Shown here: positions 21,764-31,422 of the stretch, in pieces
Position numbering within the stretch: position 1 is the first letter of the stretch
Layout of the letters: every line of letters begins with the position of its first letter
Assembly (NCBI GenBank): GCA_965243025.1
Contig: CBDETY010000003.1
Span: 4,544,001 to 4,608,000 of the forward strand
Direction: 5' to 3'
DNA: 64,000 bases
Source: Candidatus Latescibacterota bacterium
GTDB lineage: Bacteria; Latescibacterota; UBA2968; UBA8231
Position numbers and translations under genes: made by a program
The notes under the pieces: model-generated
Databases searched by the model: none
The model's input: the letters and a program-made list of their open reading frames with translations, nothing else
What the model was told of the DNA's origin: nothing

Positions 21764-22129
21764 ATGAGCGAGACGACCCAACTGCCCGAAGTCGAGCCGG
21801 TCGAGATCAAGCACCACATCTTCCTGTGCGCGACGCCGACCAAGCCGAAGTGCCACTCCGACGACACCGGCGCAAAGTGCTGGGACTACCTCAAGTCGCG
21901 GCTGCGCGAGCTCGGCCTCGGCGACCCGCGCAAGGGGGGAATCCACCGCACCAAGGCGGACTGCCTGCGCGTCTGCGAGCGCGGCCCCACGGTCGTGGTC
22001 TATCCCGAAGGGGTGTGGTACCACGGGATGACCGTGGAGAAGCTGGAGCGCATAATCACCGAGCACCTGGTGGGCGGCAAGGTCGTCGAGGAGTACCTCA
22101 ACAAGGCGCCGTTCCGCTCGCTGGACTGA
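21764..22129 (+). CDS. thioredoxin-like [2Fe-2S] ferredoxin
   Basis: HIFLC..C...[20 protein letters not shown]...IITEHL.GG.VV. Confidence 0.9.
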   Translation: MSETTQLPEVEPVEIKHHIFLCATPTKPKCHSDDTGAKCWDYLKSRLRELGLGDPRKGGIHRTKADCLRVCERGPTVVVYPEGVWYHGMTVEKLERIITEHLVGGKVVEEYLNKAPFRSLD

Positions 22130-22153
22130 CCTGCCGCAGGTTCCGCAGAAGCT

Positions 22154-22783
22154 TCACTCCGGTTCATCCGACAGCAGTTCCCGCACCTCCGGCCGGTTCT
22201 CCACCGGCAGCAGCTCCGGCGCGCGCTGGATCTCGAGATAGGCGACGCAGGGCACCATCCTGATCCGGCCGCCGGCATCGAGAACCTTCAGTTCGTAATC
22301 GACCCGCACCTGCCCCGGGTTGGAAGTGAGCATCCCGTACGCGGTCTCGCCCTCGGCGCCGACCACCGGGACGCGGGCGCCGGCGACGCAGCCCTGGCTG
22401 TTCAGCCAATCGAGAAACCGGCGGCCGGGTCCGACGGTAAGGACATGCTTCTCAAAGGGCAGGTCCGGCTTCCCGGGGCTCGGGGGCATCTCCATCAGGG
22501 ACGCGATCCCGGCGGCGGCGTTTACCTTGCCGCGCACCTCCCCAACCTCGTCTTCGGCAAGGGGAGAGTCGGGCAGTTCGGGAAAATCCGGCCCCGCCCG
22601 CAGCGCAACGGCATCGCGGGCTTCCCTGGCTTTATCCAGCGCTTCCCCGATCCTCTTCTCCAGCTCTTCCCGGATTTCCGGCATGGGCGGGTATACCGCC
22701 CGGTCCTCCTGGTGATGTCTCCCGATCCAGTAGCCCGCGGCGCCCATGGCGGCGGCAGCTGCGACAGCGAAGATCCATGTCAT
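22154..22783 (-). CDS. hypothetical membrane-anchored protein
   Basis: SD GGAGG, N-terminal hydrophobic MTWIFAVAAAAAMGAAGYWIG, protein-like composition; no recognised motif. Confidence 0.55.
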   Translation of the reverse strand: MTWIFAVAAAAAMGAAGYWIGRHHQEDRAVYPPMPEIREELEKRIGEALDKAREARDAVALRAGPDFPELPDSPLAEDEVGEVRGKVNAAAGIASLMEMPPSPGKPDLPFEKHVLTVGPGRRFLDWLNSQGCVAGARVPVVGAEGETAYGMLTSNPGQVRVDYELKVLDAGGRIRMVPCVAYLEIQRAPELLPVENRPEVRELLSDEPE

Positions 22784-23010
22784 GGAGCACCCTCCCGTAA
22801 TCCTCATTCGACCGCCGGCAGGGGGAACGGTTCCCCTGGCCGCCTGAACGGCAGGGGGGTATCTTGTCGGACCGGAGCCCGGGTGTCCCGCAGCGGAAGC
22901 ATGCCGCCGTCGGGACGCCGTTCCTCTGTACGACTCGCTCACCGCGCCTTGCGACCCCGGCGCCCCCGGCGTCCCGATTCCGTCAATCCGCCGCGGCAAC
23001 CACTACCCGC

Positions 23011-23853
23011 ATGAACGAAGAAGAGCTGTACCTGTTCGACCTCAACGGCTACCTGGTAGTCGAGCAGGTGCTGACCCCAGCCGAAGTGGACGAGGCCAAC
23101 GCCGCCATCGAGCGCCACGCGGATTCCATCAACATACGCCTCGGGGACCTGTCCCTTTCGGGTGAATCGACGACCCTCAAGGGAACGACGGGCCGCGGCG
23201 ATCTCGGGGGAATGCTGGGCTGGGAAGAGCCCTGGCGCAACGTGTTCCGCCTCATGCTGTCCCACCCTCGCATAATCCCTTACCTCAACCAGATCGTCGG
23301 CCCCGGCTTCCGCATGGATCACAGCCCCGGCCTCATCACCATGCGCCAAGGAGCCGAGGGGCACACCCTGCACGGTTCCTCCGGTCCGCACTTCGACCCC
23401 AACCAGTACTACGTCTACCGCGACGGGCAGATGCACAACGGCCTGACGGTCGTCGCCTGGCAGCTGTCCGACGTCGAGGAGGGGGACGGCGGACTCTGCC
23501 TGATCCCCGGCAGCCACAAGGCAAACTTCGCCTGCCCGCGGCCGATCAAGCTGTGGCACCGCCGGCGGGAGATCGTGCGGGCGATCACCTGCCGCGCCGG
23601 GGACGTCGTCATCTTCACCGAGGCGGTGACCCACGGCACCCTGCCCTGGCGCTCCGAGCGCGAGCGCCGCTCGCTTCTGTACCGCTACACCCCGGCCAAC
23701 CTCGCCTACGCGACGGGGTACATGCCGTGGCCGGAGCAGATGCTTGAGGGGATGACGGCGGAACAGCGGGCCATTCTCGAGCCCCCCTATCACCGGCGCC
23801 TCAACCGGCCCGAGCTCGACGACGAGGGACGGCTTCGGGAAACAGCGGGATAG
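23011..23853 (+). CDS. PhyH family Fe(II)/2OG enzyme
   Basis: YLFDLNGYLVV, GGLCLIPGSHKANF, AGDVVIFTEAVTHGTLPW, RRSLLYRY. Confidence 0.88.
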   Translation: MNEEELYLFDLNGYLVVEQVLTPAEVDEANAAIERHADSINIRLGDLSLSGESTTLKGTTGRGDLGGMLGWEEPWRNVFRLMLSHPRIIPYLNQIVGPGFRMDHSPGLITMRQGAEGHTLHGSSGPHFDPNQYYVYRDGQMHNGLTVVAWQLSDVEEGDGGLCLIPGSHKANFACPRPIKLWHRRREIVRAITCRAGDVVIFTEAVTHGTLPWRSERERRSLLYRYTPANLAYATGYMPWPEQMLEGMTAEQRAILEPPYHRRLNRPELDDEGRLRETAG

Positions 23854-23866
23854 CGTTCCAGCGGCA

Positions 23867-24982
23867 TTGGCAGCCCTCATCGATTCGCAAACCGAGCTGG
23901 CGGCGCTCGTCGACCGCGCCGGCCGGCAACCCCTGGTCGCGCTCGACACCGAGCTAGTCTGGGAACGCACCTACTACCCCAACCTCGGGATCGTCCAGCT
24001 CGCCCTTTCAGGCAGCGACCTTCACCTGATCGACGCCACCGCCGTCGACCTGGCAGCCCTCGGACCGCTGCTGGCGGACGCCAAGGTCACCAAGATCCTG
24101 CACGACGCCGTCCAGGACCTGGCGATCCTCAAGCGCGCCGGCGGCGTGGCGCCGCGCAGCGTCTTCGACACCCGCGTCGCCGCCGGGTTCGCCGGCCTCT
24201 CCTCGACGATCTCGCTGCGCGACCTGCTCGCGGAGCTCGTGGAGGTCGACCTGCACAAGACCGAGACCCGGACCGACTGGCTGCGCCGGCCGCTGACCGA
24301 AACCCAGATCGGCTACGCCCTCGACGACGTGCGCTTTCTGCACGCGGCGCACCGGGAGCTCCTCGGCAGGGCCCGGGAGCGGGGGGTGGAGAGCTGGATG
24401 CGGGAGGAGATGTCCTCCCTCGACGACGAGAGCCTGTACGGGGAACGCGACCCCCGCCTGCAGTTCGAGCGGATCAAGGGGCGGGGGCGGCTGACGCGGC
24501 GGGAGCTCGGGATTCTGCGGGAGCTGACTGCCTGGAGAGAGCGCGTGGCGCGGGCGGTCAACCGGCCGCGGGGGTGGGTGATGTCGGACCGGATGCTGCT
24601 GATGCTGGCCCAGTGCAAACCGGCCAGCACCGAGGAGCTATCGCGGTTTCGGGACCGGCGCCTGCGCCGTTACGGTGAGGCCGTTGTCGGCGCAGTGAAG
24701 GAGGGACTGGAAATCCAGGAGGAAAGGTTGCCTTGCGGGCACCCGAGGTCGCGTTACGAAAAGACCTTCGCCGCGCGCAGCAAGGCTGCCATCGAGCTGC
24801 TGGAGCGTCGGAGCGCCGACAAGGGAATCGATCACGCCCTGGTGGCGACGCGTTCGGAAGTAAGGGCGCTGGTCAGGGAGGGAAAACAGGCGACCGGCGA
24901 GCGGCACGCGCTGCTGAGGGGCTGGCGCAACCGGTTCATCGGGGCGGAGCTGGTCAGCGGAATCTGCGGCGAACCGGCCTAG
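23867..24982 (+). CDS. rnd: ribonuclease D
   Basis: ALDTE..WERTYYP, KILH...QDL, FDT, DWLRRPL...YALDDV and an HRDC domain (WRE..AR.VNRP). Confidence 0.9.
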   Translation: MAALIDSQTELAALVDRAGRQPLVALDTELVWERTYYPNLGIVQLALSGSDLHLIDATAVDLAALGPLLADAKVTKILHDAVQDLAILKRAGGVAPRSVFDTRVAAGFAGLSSTISLRDLLAELVEVDLHKTETRTDWLRRPLTETQIGYALDDVRFLHAAHRELLGRARERGVESWMREEMSSLDDESLYGERDPRLQFERIKGRGRLTRRELGILRELTAWRERVARAVNRPRGWVMSDRMLLMLAQCKPASTEELSRFRDRRLRRYGEAVVGAVKEGLEIQEERLPCGHPRSRYEKTFAARSKAAIELLERRSADKGIDHALVATRSEVRALVREGKQATGERHALLRGWRNRFIGAELVSGICGEPA

Positions 24983-25272
24983 TACCTGCGGCCTCCGCCG
25001 CCGCTGCCGAACCCGCCGCGGCCTCTTCCCCTGCCCCCACGCATGCTTCGGCGGTCGATCCCGGCGGCGGCAAGCTCGGCCAGCCTTTCGGCCTTCTTCT
25101 GCCGCCTGATGCTCTTCTGGCGATCGATCTTCTTCTGCACCGACGGTTTGGTGTAGTAGCGCTTGCGCTTCAGATCGCGCATCAGGCCGCATTTCTTGGT
25201 CTTGACCGTGAAGCGCCGCAAGGCCTTCTCGAAATGCTCGTCGTCCTGGATCTCGACGCTGAAATTGGGCAT
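24979..25272 (-). CDS. rpsU: 30S ribosomal protein bS21 with a Gly/Arg-rich C-terminal extension
   Basis: FEKALRRF..K.KK.G...DLKRKRYYTKPS bS21 signature; putative promoter TTGCCG-N17-TATCTT at about 25350-25378 (-). Confidence 0.9.
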   Translation of the reverse strand: MPNFSVEIQDDEHFEKALRRFTVKTKKCGLMRDLKRKRYYTKPSVQKKIDRQKSIRRQKKAERLAELAAAGIDRRSMRGGRGRGRGGFGSGGGGRRY

Positions 25273-25457
25273 CCGATCCCCGTTCTCGTCTTGTGGCGAG
25301 CGCCTCTCCCCAGGCCATCTGCCCGCGGCCAAACGCTCGAAGAGTCATTAAGATAGTGAGCCCGGTTGCCCCCGGCAACCGCCCCCGCGTTCCCGACGGT
25401 GCCCGGGCATGTATTTCAACCTGCTGTTTTTAATGCAGTTGGAAAAGACATCCAAGC

Positions 25458-26297
25458 TCAGGACCAGACGAAGATCTCCGGATCGTCAGGGGAGTAGCCG
25501 ATGAACACCGCGAGGACGACGCGGGGGTCGCTGCCGACCACGGGGGGGACCTCGTGAATGCAGCGGGTGTTGAAGAAGTAGAGGTCTCCCCGACCTAGCT
25601 CGACCCGGAAGTTCTGTACCCGGCGGGCGGCGGCGTACCGGGGGAAGGTTCCCTCCTCGATGTGCGGCTGCACCTCCTCGTTCCAGAGACAGCGGTGCAG
25701 CAGCGCCTGGGTGGTTTCCGCATCGCGGGTCGCATTCTGCAGACAGAGGACGCCGGCGAACTGGTGCTCGAAGCGGGTGACGGCGTAGTCGAACCGCTTC
25801 TCTCGCAGGGTGACGTGATCGATGTGGGGCTTGTAGCTGTGCGATTCGTAGTGAATCCGGAAGATCCCCGGCCCGTAGCGCCTCCCGTCCGGCTCCCTGG
25901 CGGTCATCACTTTCCTGCCGGGCGCGAGCCGTTGCAGGTAATCGTAAATCAGGCGTACCGGGTCGTCGAAGCCTTCGAACAGGGTGGAGAACAGCTCGTG
26001 AGTCGCCGCGGAGCTGGCGAGGAAGCCTTCGCGGTCGTTGCCCCGGTTTCCGAGGCTGGTACCGATGTCGACGCGCGTCCGGTCACCCGGCCGGAAATCG
26101 TCGGGATCCTTCATCAGGTTGCGCTCGACGAAACGCCCGATCAGGCCGGCGCACTGCTCCGGCGGGTAAACGCGGGGCAGAAGGATGGCGGGAATCCCGG
26201 CTTCCGACAGGGCGCGCAACGGGTCGGGGTACCGGGCGAACACCGAATCGACGTCGGGCATCGCGGGAACCCAGTCCGCGGCGGAACAATCGCTCAT
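25458..26297 (-). CDS. putative Fe(II)/2OG oxygenase
   Basis: FRIHY...PHIDH (HxD), GDLYFFNTRCIHEV and RVVL jelly-roll motifs. Start could also be the ATG of MPDVD. Confidence 0.65.
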   Translation of the reverse strand: MSDCSAADWVPAMPDVDSVFARYPDPLRALSEAGIPAILLPRVYPPEQCAGLIGRFVERNLMKDPDDFRPGDRTRVDIGTSLGNRGNDREGFLASSAATHELFSTLFEGFDDPVRLIYDYLQRLAPGRKVMTAREPDGRRYGPGIFRIHYESHSYKPHIDHVTLREKRFDYAVTRFEHQFAGVLCLQNATRDAETTQALLHRCLWNEEVQPHIEEGTFPRYAAARRVQNFRVELGRGDLYFFNTRCIHEVPPVVGSDPRVVLAVFIGYSPDDPEIFVWS

Positions 26298-26418
26298 ACC
26301 CGGGAATGTGCCCCCCGGCTCGCCCTGAAACAAGCTGCCGGCGGCCGGCGCTCCTCTGCGCGAAAGGAGAATCGCGCCGGAAGGGCCGTGAACGCAGGGC
26401 TCGCACCACCGGAGCTGT

Positions 26419-28152
26419 TCAATCCCCCGCCTTGCCCAGCTCGTAGATGGTGAGCTCCGGTCCGGGGCGAACGACTTCGCCGAACCCCGCATATGGAACG
26501 AAGAACGCGTCCGTCTTTTCGAACGAGGCCCGGGAACTGCCCCGCACGGAGTTGAAATGCGCTGCCGCTTTCCCGTGCCGGAGCAACTGCCGGGCGAACT
26601 CGGGATCGACCTGGGAAACCGGCAGCGGGTGGGTCTGCGTGACCACCCAGCGCACCCCGGAATCCAGCAACTGCCCCGGAGAGACACCGACGAGCCTGTT
26701 CCTCAGGGAATGCGGGTTGTCAGGGAGAACGGACAGCGGGTGGTAGCTCGGACCGGGAGGGTAGGACTCGTACTGCAGCCGCAGAGCCAGCGACTTCGCG
26801 GGGAACCCGGCGCGGCGGAAGTCCTCGTGCTGCTGCACCAGCCAGTCCCTGCCGGGATGCAGGCGGGGGTAGCCGAAGCCGCTTCCCACCATGGCGATCC
26901 TGCTGCCGGCCGGCACGTGCGTCTCGATCCACCCGGCGGCCAGAAGGCGGGTGTCCGTCCGCTGCAGCAGGATACCCAGCCGGACCGAAGCGTACAGGGA
27001 AGGGGCGGCAACGAGCAGCACGACTGCCGTTCTCCAGAGCGCCCGCATACGCACCACCGCGAAAAGCCGCTCCAGGCCGCAGGCGGCCGCCACGCACAGG
27101 AACGGCGCCAGCGGCAGCATGTAACGGAAGAACACCGTCTTCCCGGAGCCGGCGACGGCGTAGTAGAAGACCATCGCCACCACGAGCATGGCGGGCGCCC
27201 CCCCGGCCCGAAACAGGACTGCACAGCCGGCGAGTGCGGCGGCGTACAGGGGCCAGCCGAGAGCGGCCGGCAGGGTGGTCGCGGCGTGGTAGGTCCAGCC
27301 GCGGCCGAGGTCGAGACCGTGACCTGTGGCGAAGTGCTCCCTCTCCGACAGGACGTCGGCGGCGAAGCTGTTGAAATCGAGGACGGCGTACGGGGTTCCC
27401 AGCGCCGCGGCAACCGCGGTCACGGCCGCAAAGACGGCGGCGTGTTGCAGGGAAACCCGCGGAGCGGAACCGTCTCCCGGGGGGGGCCCTGACCTGCGAT
27501 GCTGCGCCAGGCCCCTGGCGCAGAGGTAGCCGGCGAACACCGCGACGACGATCGCGGCGTTGTACTTCGTCGACACCGCGATCCCGGAAAACAGGGCGGA
27601 AGCCGCCAGCCATCCGGCCCCTCCCGCGCGCAGAAACCGCAGCAGCAGAACCGCGGCGAGAAGAAGGTAAAAGGCGGCCGGGACATCGACCGTCAGGTAG
27701 TGGGAATCCCGCACGTGCAGGAAGCAGACCGACAGGAAGGCGGCGCCCGTGAGGCCGGCCCGGACACCCCCCGCCTGCCTGCCGACCAGGTACACGAGAT
27801 AAATGGAAGCGGTGCCCAGGAGCGCCCCGAGGAGGCGGCCTGCCAGGTACAGGCCGGACGGATCGATGAAATACCGCAGAAGAAAATCCTGGGGGGTGGG
27901 ATATATCCCGGCGAGCCAGCCGGCCGCGTAACAGGCGCCGAACAGCCCCGCCAGGGTGTAGATGTGAAAGCTGGGGTAGTGGAAGAAACCGGGATTGAGG
28001 TCGCCCCCCGCGGCGGCGAGGGCTTTCCTTGCCAGCACCCCTTCGTCCGGCCGGCAGTCGGTGTTGGGCAGACCGAAATCGATCCCCAGGAGACGCAGGC
28101 TGAAGCCCGCCGCGAGGATGACCGCCAGCCACCCCGCGGCGTTGCGGTTCAT
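26419..28152 (-). CDS. GT-C (ArnT/PMT-like, GT39-type) membrane glycosyltransferase
   Basis: FGLP...RPDE, NPGFFHYPS, HVRDSHY.TVD, STKY motifs; many TM helices. Confidence 0.8.
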   Translation of the reverse strand: MNRNAAGWLAVILAAGFSLRLLGIDFGLPNTDCRPDEGVLARKALAAAGGDLNPGFFHYPSFHIYTLAGLFGACYAAGWLAGIYPTPQDFLLRYFIDPSGLYLAGRLLGALLGTASIYLVYLVGRQAGGVRAGLTGAAFLSVCFLHVRDSHYLTVDVPAAFYLLLAAVLLLRFLRAGGAGWLAASALFSGIAVSTKYNAAIVVAVFAGYLCARGLAQHRRSGPPPGDGSAPRVSLQHAAVFAAVTAVAAALGTPYAVLDFNSFAADVLSEREHFATGHGLDLGRGWTYHAATTLPAALGWPLYAAALAGCAVLFRAGGAPAMLVVAMVFYYAVAGSGKTVFFRYMLPLAPFLCVAAACGLERLFAVVRMRALWRTAVVLLVAAPSLYASVRLGILLQRTDTRLLAAGWIETHVPAGSRIAMVGSGFGYPRLHPGRDWLVQQHEDFRRAGFPAKSLALRLQYESYPPGPSYHPLSVLPDNPHSLRNRLVGVSPGQLLDSGVRWVVTQTHPLPVSQVDPEFARQLLRHGKAAAHFNSVRGSSRASFEKTDAFFVPYAGFGEVVRPGPELTIYELGKAGD

Positions 28153-28161
28153 CTCCTCTCG

Positions 28162-29136
28162 TCAGCCGGGGGCGAAGCCGGCCGACTGCAGCACCTGCAG
28201 CTGGAGCTCGAGGTTGCGCAGTCCCAGCTCCCCGGGAACGGTCAGCCGCGAGGCCGGGCCGCGGACCACGTCGCACACGTTCCCGATCAGCAGGGACATG
28301 AAGTCCTCTCCGACGGTCTCGCGTTCGCCCCTCGACAGGACGGACCGGTAGACGCCGGTTTCGTCCGCCCGCCCGGTGCATCCCAGGATGTACCCGTCGA
28401 CCCCGAAGCGGCGAACCGGGGGGCCGTCGACACGGTCGCGAACCGAGATGTCGACCTGGCAGCGGCCCGAAGCGGTGGTGAACTCGAACTCTGCCCTGGC
28501 TTCCAGGTCCCGGAAACTGGTCTGCAGAGTGCCGGGGACCACCTCGCCCCCGGGATGCCAGGCGAGCAGCATGCTGATCGGATGCGGCCCCATGTCGATC
28601 CAGATCTCCCCGGTGTGCCGCTGGCGGCCGCGGGCCACGGTCTCCATCTCGGCGAAGAACCGCGACGCTGCCGGGGGCTTCCCGCGCTCGGCCCGGTAGA
28701 GCTCTTCGTATTGGGGCAGCGCCGCGGCGTACTGGGTGCACACGGCGAACACCCGGTTCGCCGCCCGCGCCCGCCGCAGGAGCTCCCGGGCCCGCGACAG
28801 CAGGGTCTCGCCCGGGGAATCCTCCTCCCACACCAGAGGCTTCTCGCAGAGGACGTGGCAGCCGGCTTCCAGGGCTGCGCAGGCGTGCTCGAAGTGCATT
28901 GCGTTCGGAGTGCAGACATCGACGAGGTCCGGCTTTTCGGAATCGAGCAGGGCGGCCATGCTGGTGTAGCCGCGCCCGGCAAAGGGAAAGATCTCGCCCA
29001 GGGCGGCTTCGGTCCGCGCGCAGCTCTCCCCGGAGCTGCCGAGAAACCCGACGACGTCGCATCCCCAGCGATGGTACCACTTGGCGTGGTGCTTTCCGAT
29101 GCCGGTGGCCCCGGCTACGGCAACCCTGAGAGTCAT
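28162..29136 (-). CDS. Gfo/Idh/MocA family oxidoreductase
   Basis: VAVAGATGIG Rossmann motif, VCTPNAMH, HVLCEKPL, DMGPH. Confidence 0.88.
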   Translation of the reverse strand: MTLRVAVAGATGIGKHHAKWYHRWGCDVVGFLGSSGESCARTEAALGEIFPFAGRGYTSMAALLDSEKPDLVDVCTPNAMHFEHACAALEAGCHVLCEKPLVWEEDSPGETLLSRARELLRRARAANRVFAVCTQYAAALPQYEELYRAERGKPPAASRFFAEMETVARGRQRHTGEIWIDMGPHPISMLLAWHPGGEVVPGTLQTSFRDLEARAEFEFTTASGRCQVDISVRDRVDGPPVRRFGVDGYILGCTGRADETGVYRSVLSRGERETVGEDFMSLLIGNVCDVVRGPASRLTVPGELGLRNLELQLQVLQSAGFAPG

Positions 29137-29255
29137 GGCCCCGCCGATGCTGACGAACGGTTCACTGCAAACAGAAAGAGAGCCGACAGTCTGTCTTCTG
29201 TCCGCTCTCTCGATAATGGCCCCGCGGTTTCCCGTGTGCTTCACCGCGGCCTGAA

Positions 29256-29369
29256 CTACTTCCTGGCGCCCGCCCTCGCTTCCTTTATCCGGTTCTTGAT
29301 GCGCTCCTCGCGGCGTTTGCGGCGGCGCCTCAACTCCTTCTCTCTCTCTCTTCCCTTGCTGGACGACAT
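29256..29369 (-). CDS. 37-aa highly basic small protein (not in the ORF track)
   Basis: MSSSKGREREKELRRRRKRREERIKNRIKEARAGARK*; SD GGAGG; upstream TTGACC-N16-TATATT (29434-29407); downstream CCGCGG hairpin. Confidence 0.7.
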   Translation of the reverse strand: MSSSKGREREKELRRRRKRREERIKNRIKEARAGARK

Positions 29370-29447
29370 CGGCTTCCCTCCCTGTTCGGCTGCCGGCAGG
29401 GGGCCGAATATAACGGCGCTTCCCCGCCGGTCAAGCCGCCGCCGGGC

Positions 29448-30374
29448 TCAGTCCGAAAGCACCATGCGCAGCAGGGCCATGCGCACGTAGAGGCCGTTGT
29501 GGGCCTGGCGGAAGTAGGCGGCCCTGGGGTCGGCATCGACCTCGGGGGTGATCTCGTCCACCCGGGGCAGCGGGTGCATGACGATGGCATCCTTCTTCAT
29601 GCACCGGAGTATGGATGTATCGATGACGTACTGTCCGCGCGCCTGCTCGTAGTCCCCGATGCGGTCGCCGAACCGCTCCCGCTGTATCCGGGTCTGGTAG
29701 ATGACATCGACTTCCGCGGCGACCTCGGCGAGGTCCTCCGCCTCCTCGAATGCGACGCCGTGGCGGGCCAGGTAACTCTTGATGTCGTCGGCCATGCGAA
29801 CCACCGGGGGAGCGACGAAGCAGATCCTCGGCGAGTCGAACTTGGCCAGCAGGTAGCACAGAGAGCGCACGGTGCGCCCGTTGGCGAGGTCTCCCACCAT
29901 CGCCACCGAAAGCCCGTCCATCCTGCCGAGCTCGCGGTCGATGGTGTACAGGTCGAGAAGGGCTTGCGTCGGGTGCTGGCCGGCTCCGTCTCCGGCGTTC
30001 AGTATCGGAACCGGCGAGACCTCGGCGGCGCGCCTGCTCGCACCGCTTTCGAAATGGCGCAGCACGATGACGTCGGCGTACCCGGCGACGATCCGGATCG
30101 TGTCCTCGAGGGTCTCCCCCTTCGCGGCCGAGGAGAACTGCTGGGCGGACTCGGTGGTCAGGACCTCCCCGCCCAGGCGCCGCATCGCCGACTCGAACGA
30201 GAGCCGCGTGCGCGTGCTCGGCTCGTAGAACAGGGTGGCCATGACGCGCCGGGTGAGGATGTTCGACCCGTAATGCTGGACGACGTCTTCCATCTCGCGG
30301 GCGACGTTGAAGATCTCGGCCATGAGCTCGCGGTCGAACTGCTGCGCTTCGATTACGTGGTTGAGCCTGGGCAT
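29448..30374 (-). CDS. pyrB: aspartate carbamoyltransferase catalytic subunit
   Basis: FYEPSTRTRLSF, NAGDGAGQHPTQ, YQTRIQRER, HPLPR. Confidence 0.96.
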   Translation of the reverse strand: MPRLNHVIEAQQFDRELMAEIFNVAREMEDVVQHYGSNILTRRVMATLFYEPSTRTRLSFESAMRRLGGEVLTTESAQQFSSAAKGETLEDTIRIVAGYADVIVLRHFESGASRRAAEVSPVPILNAGDGAGQHPTQALLDLYTIDRELGRMDGLSVAMVGDLANGRTVRSLCYLLAKFDSPRICFVAPPVVRMADDIKSYLARHGVAFEEAEDLAEVAAEVDVIYQTRIQRERFGDRIGDYEQARGQYVIDTSILRCMKKDAIVMHPLPRVDEITPEVDADPRAAYFRQAHNGLYVRMALLRMVLSD

Positions 30375-30404
30375 GCGGGAAGCGGGGGCGTCAGCGGGAG
30401 GGGG

Positions 30405-30860
30405 CTACGACGGCGCCGGCCTCAGCACGGCGAAGATCTCCGCCTGGGCAGCCAGGTCATCCCCGACGAATGCCCTGCCGGCCAGGCGGCAGGAGCCGGG
30501 CCGTTTCTGCAGCACCTCGAGCTCGAGCCTGAGCTGGTCCCCCGGCACCACCGGCCGGCGGAAGCGGACCTTGTCGAGGCCGGCGAGAAAGGGGATGCCC
30601 CGCTCGGGGGCGTCCTGCAGCATCATCACGGTTCCGGCCTGAGCCAGGGACTCGATCACCAGGACCCCGGGCATGACCGGGAAATCGGGGAAGTGCCCCT
30701 GGAAGAACGGCTCTCCCGCGGTGACGTTCTTGATCCCGACGAGGCGGCTGCCCGGCTCGCACTCCAGTACCCGGTCTACCAGCAGAAAGGGATAGCGGTG
30801 CGGAATCAGCTCCCTTATCGCCGCCAGATCGAGGGCGCCGCTGTCTTCCCCCGCCGTCAC
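30405..30860 (-). CDS. fabZ: 3-hydroxyacyl-ACP dehydratase
   Basis: PHRYPFLLVDRV, FFQGHFP..PVMPGVL.IE.LAQ. Confidence 0.95.
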   Translation of the reverse strand: MTAGEDSGALDLAAIRELIPHRYPFLLVDRVLECEPGSRLVGIKNVTAGEPFFQGHFPDFPVMPGVLVIESLAQAGTVMMLQDAPERGIPFLAGLDKVRFRRPVVPGDQLRLELEVLQKRPGSCRLAGRAFVGDDLAAQAEIFAVLRPAPS

Positions 30861-31405
30861 TCCCTTTCCTTCTCCTTTTCCTCGCGCTGTTCCTCGAGCC
30901 TTTCGAGCAGCTCGTCGGTCAGGTTGTAGCGCTCCGGATCGGCGTAGACGATGGCGCCGCTGGTGGCGGTGTCGAAAACGAAGTCGAAGCCCTCCTCCCT
31001 GGCGACTTCGGCGATTGCGGTGTTGATCATCAGGAAGATCGGCTCACCCAGCTCGAGGTTCTTGCGGAACAACTCGCCGTCGGGACCGAACTTGTCCTGG
31101 GTGAACTGCTGAAGCTCCATCGTGCTCTCGTCGAACTGCGCCTGCATCTCCGCCTTCTTGGCGTCGCTCATCAGCAGCTCCTGCTTGCGGAAGTCCTCCT
31201 GCAGCTTCATCAGCTTGCTCTGCCTGTCCATCGCCTCCTGCTCGAACTGCTGCCTCAGGCGGTCGAGCTGCCGCTGCATGTCCTTGAACTCCGGCACTTT
31301 TTCGCGCAGGACCTCCGAGTCGATGTAACCGATCTTCTGCTCGGCGCCGGCTGCCGAGACGCACAGGACCGCCAGCGCCAGAAATGGGACCGCAACCTTG
31401 TTCAT
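30857..31405 (-). CDS. skp: OmpH/Skp periplasmic chaperone
   Basis: Signal peptide, QKIGYIDSE, coiled coil, GFDFVFD, NLTD; directly downstream of bamA. Confidence 0.9.
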   Translation of the reverse strand: MNKVAVPFLALAVLCVSAAGAEQKIGYIDSEVLREKVPEFKDMQRQLDRLRQQFEQEAMDRQSKLMKLQEDFRKQELLMSDAKKAEMQAQFDESTMELQQFTQDKFGPDGELFRKNLELGEPIFLMINTAIAEVAREEGFDFVFDTATSGAIVYADPERYNLTDELLERLEEQREEKEKERE

Positions 31406-31422
31406 GCTCTCCTCTCGAGCTG

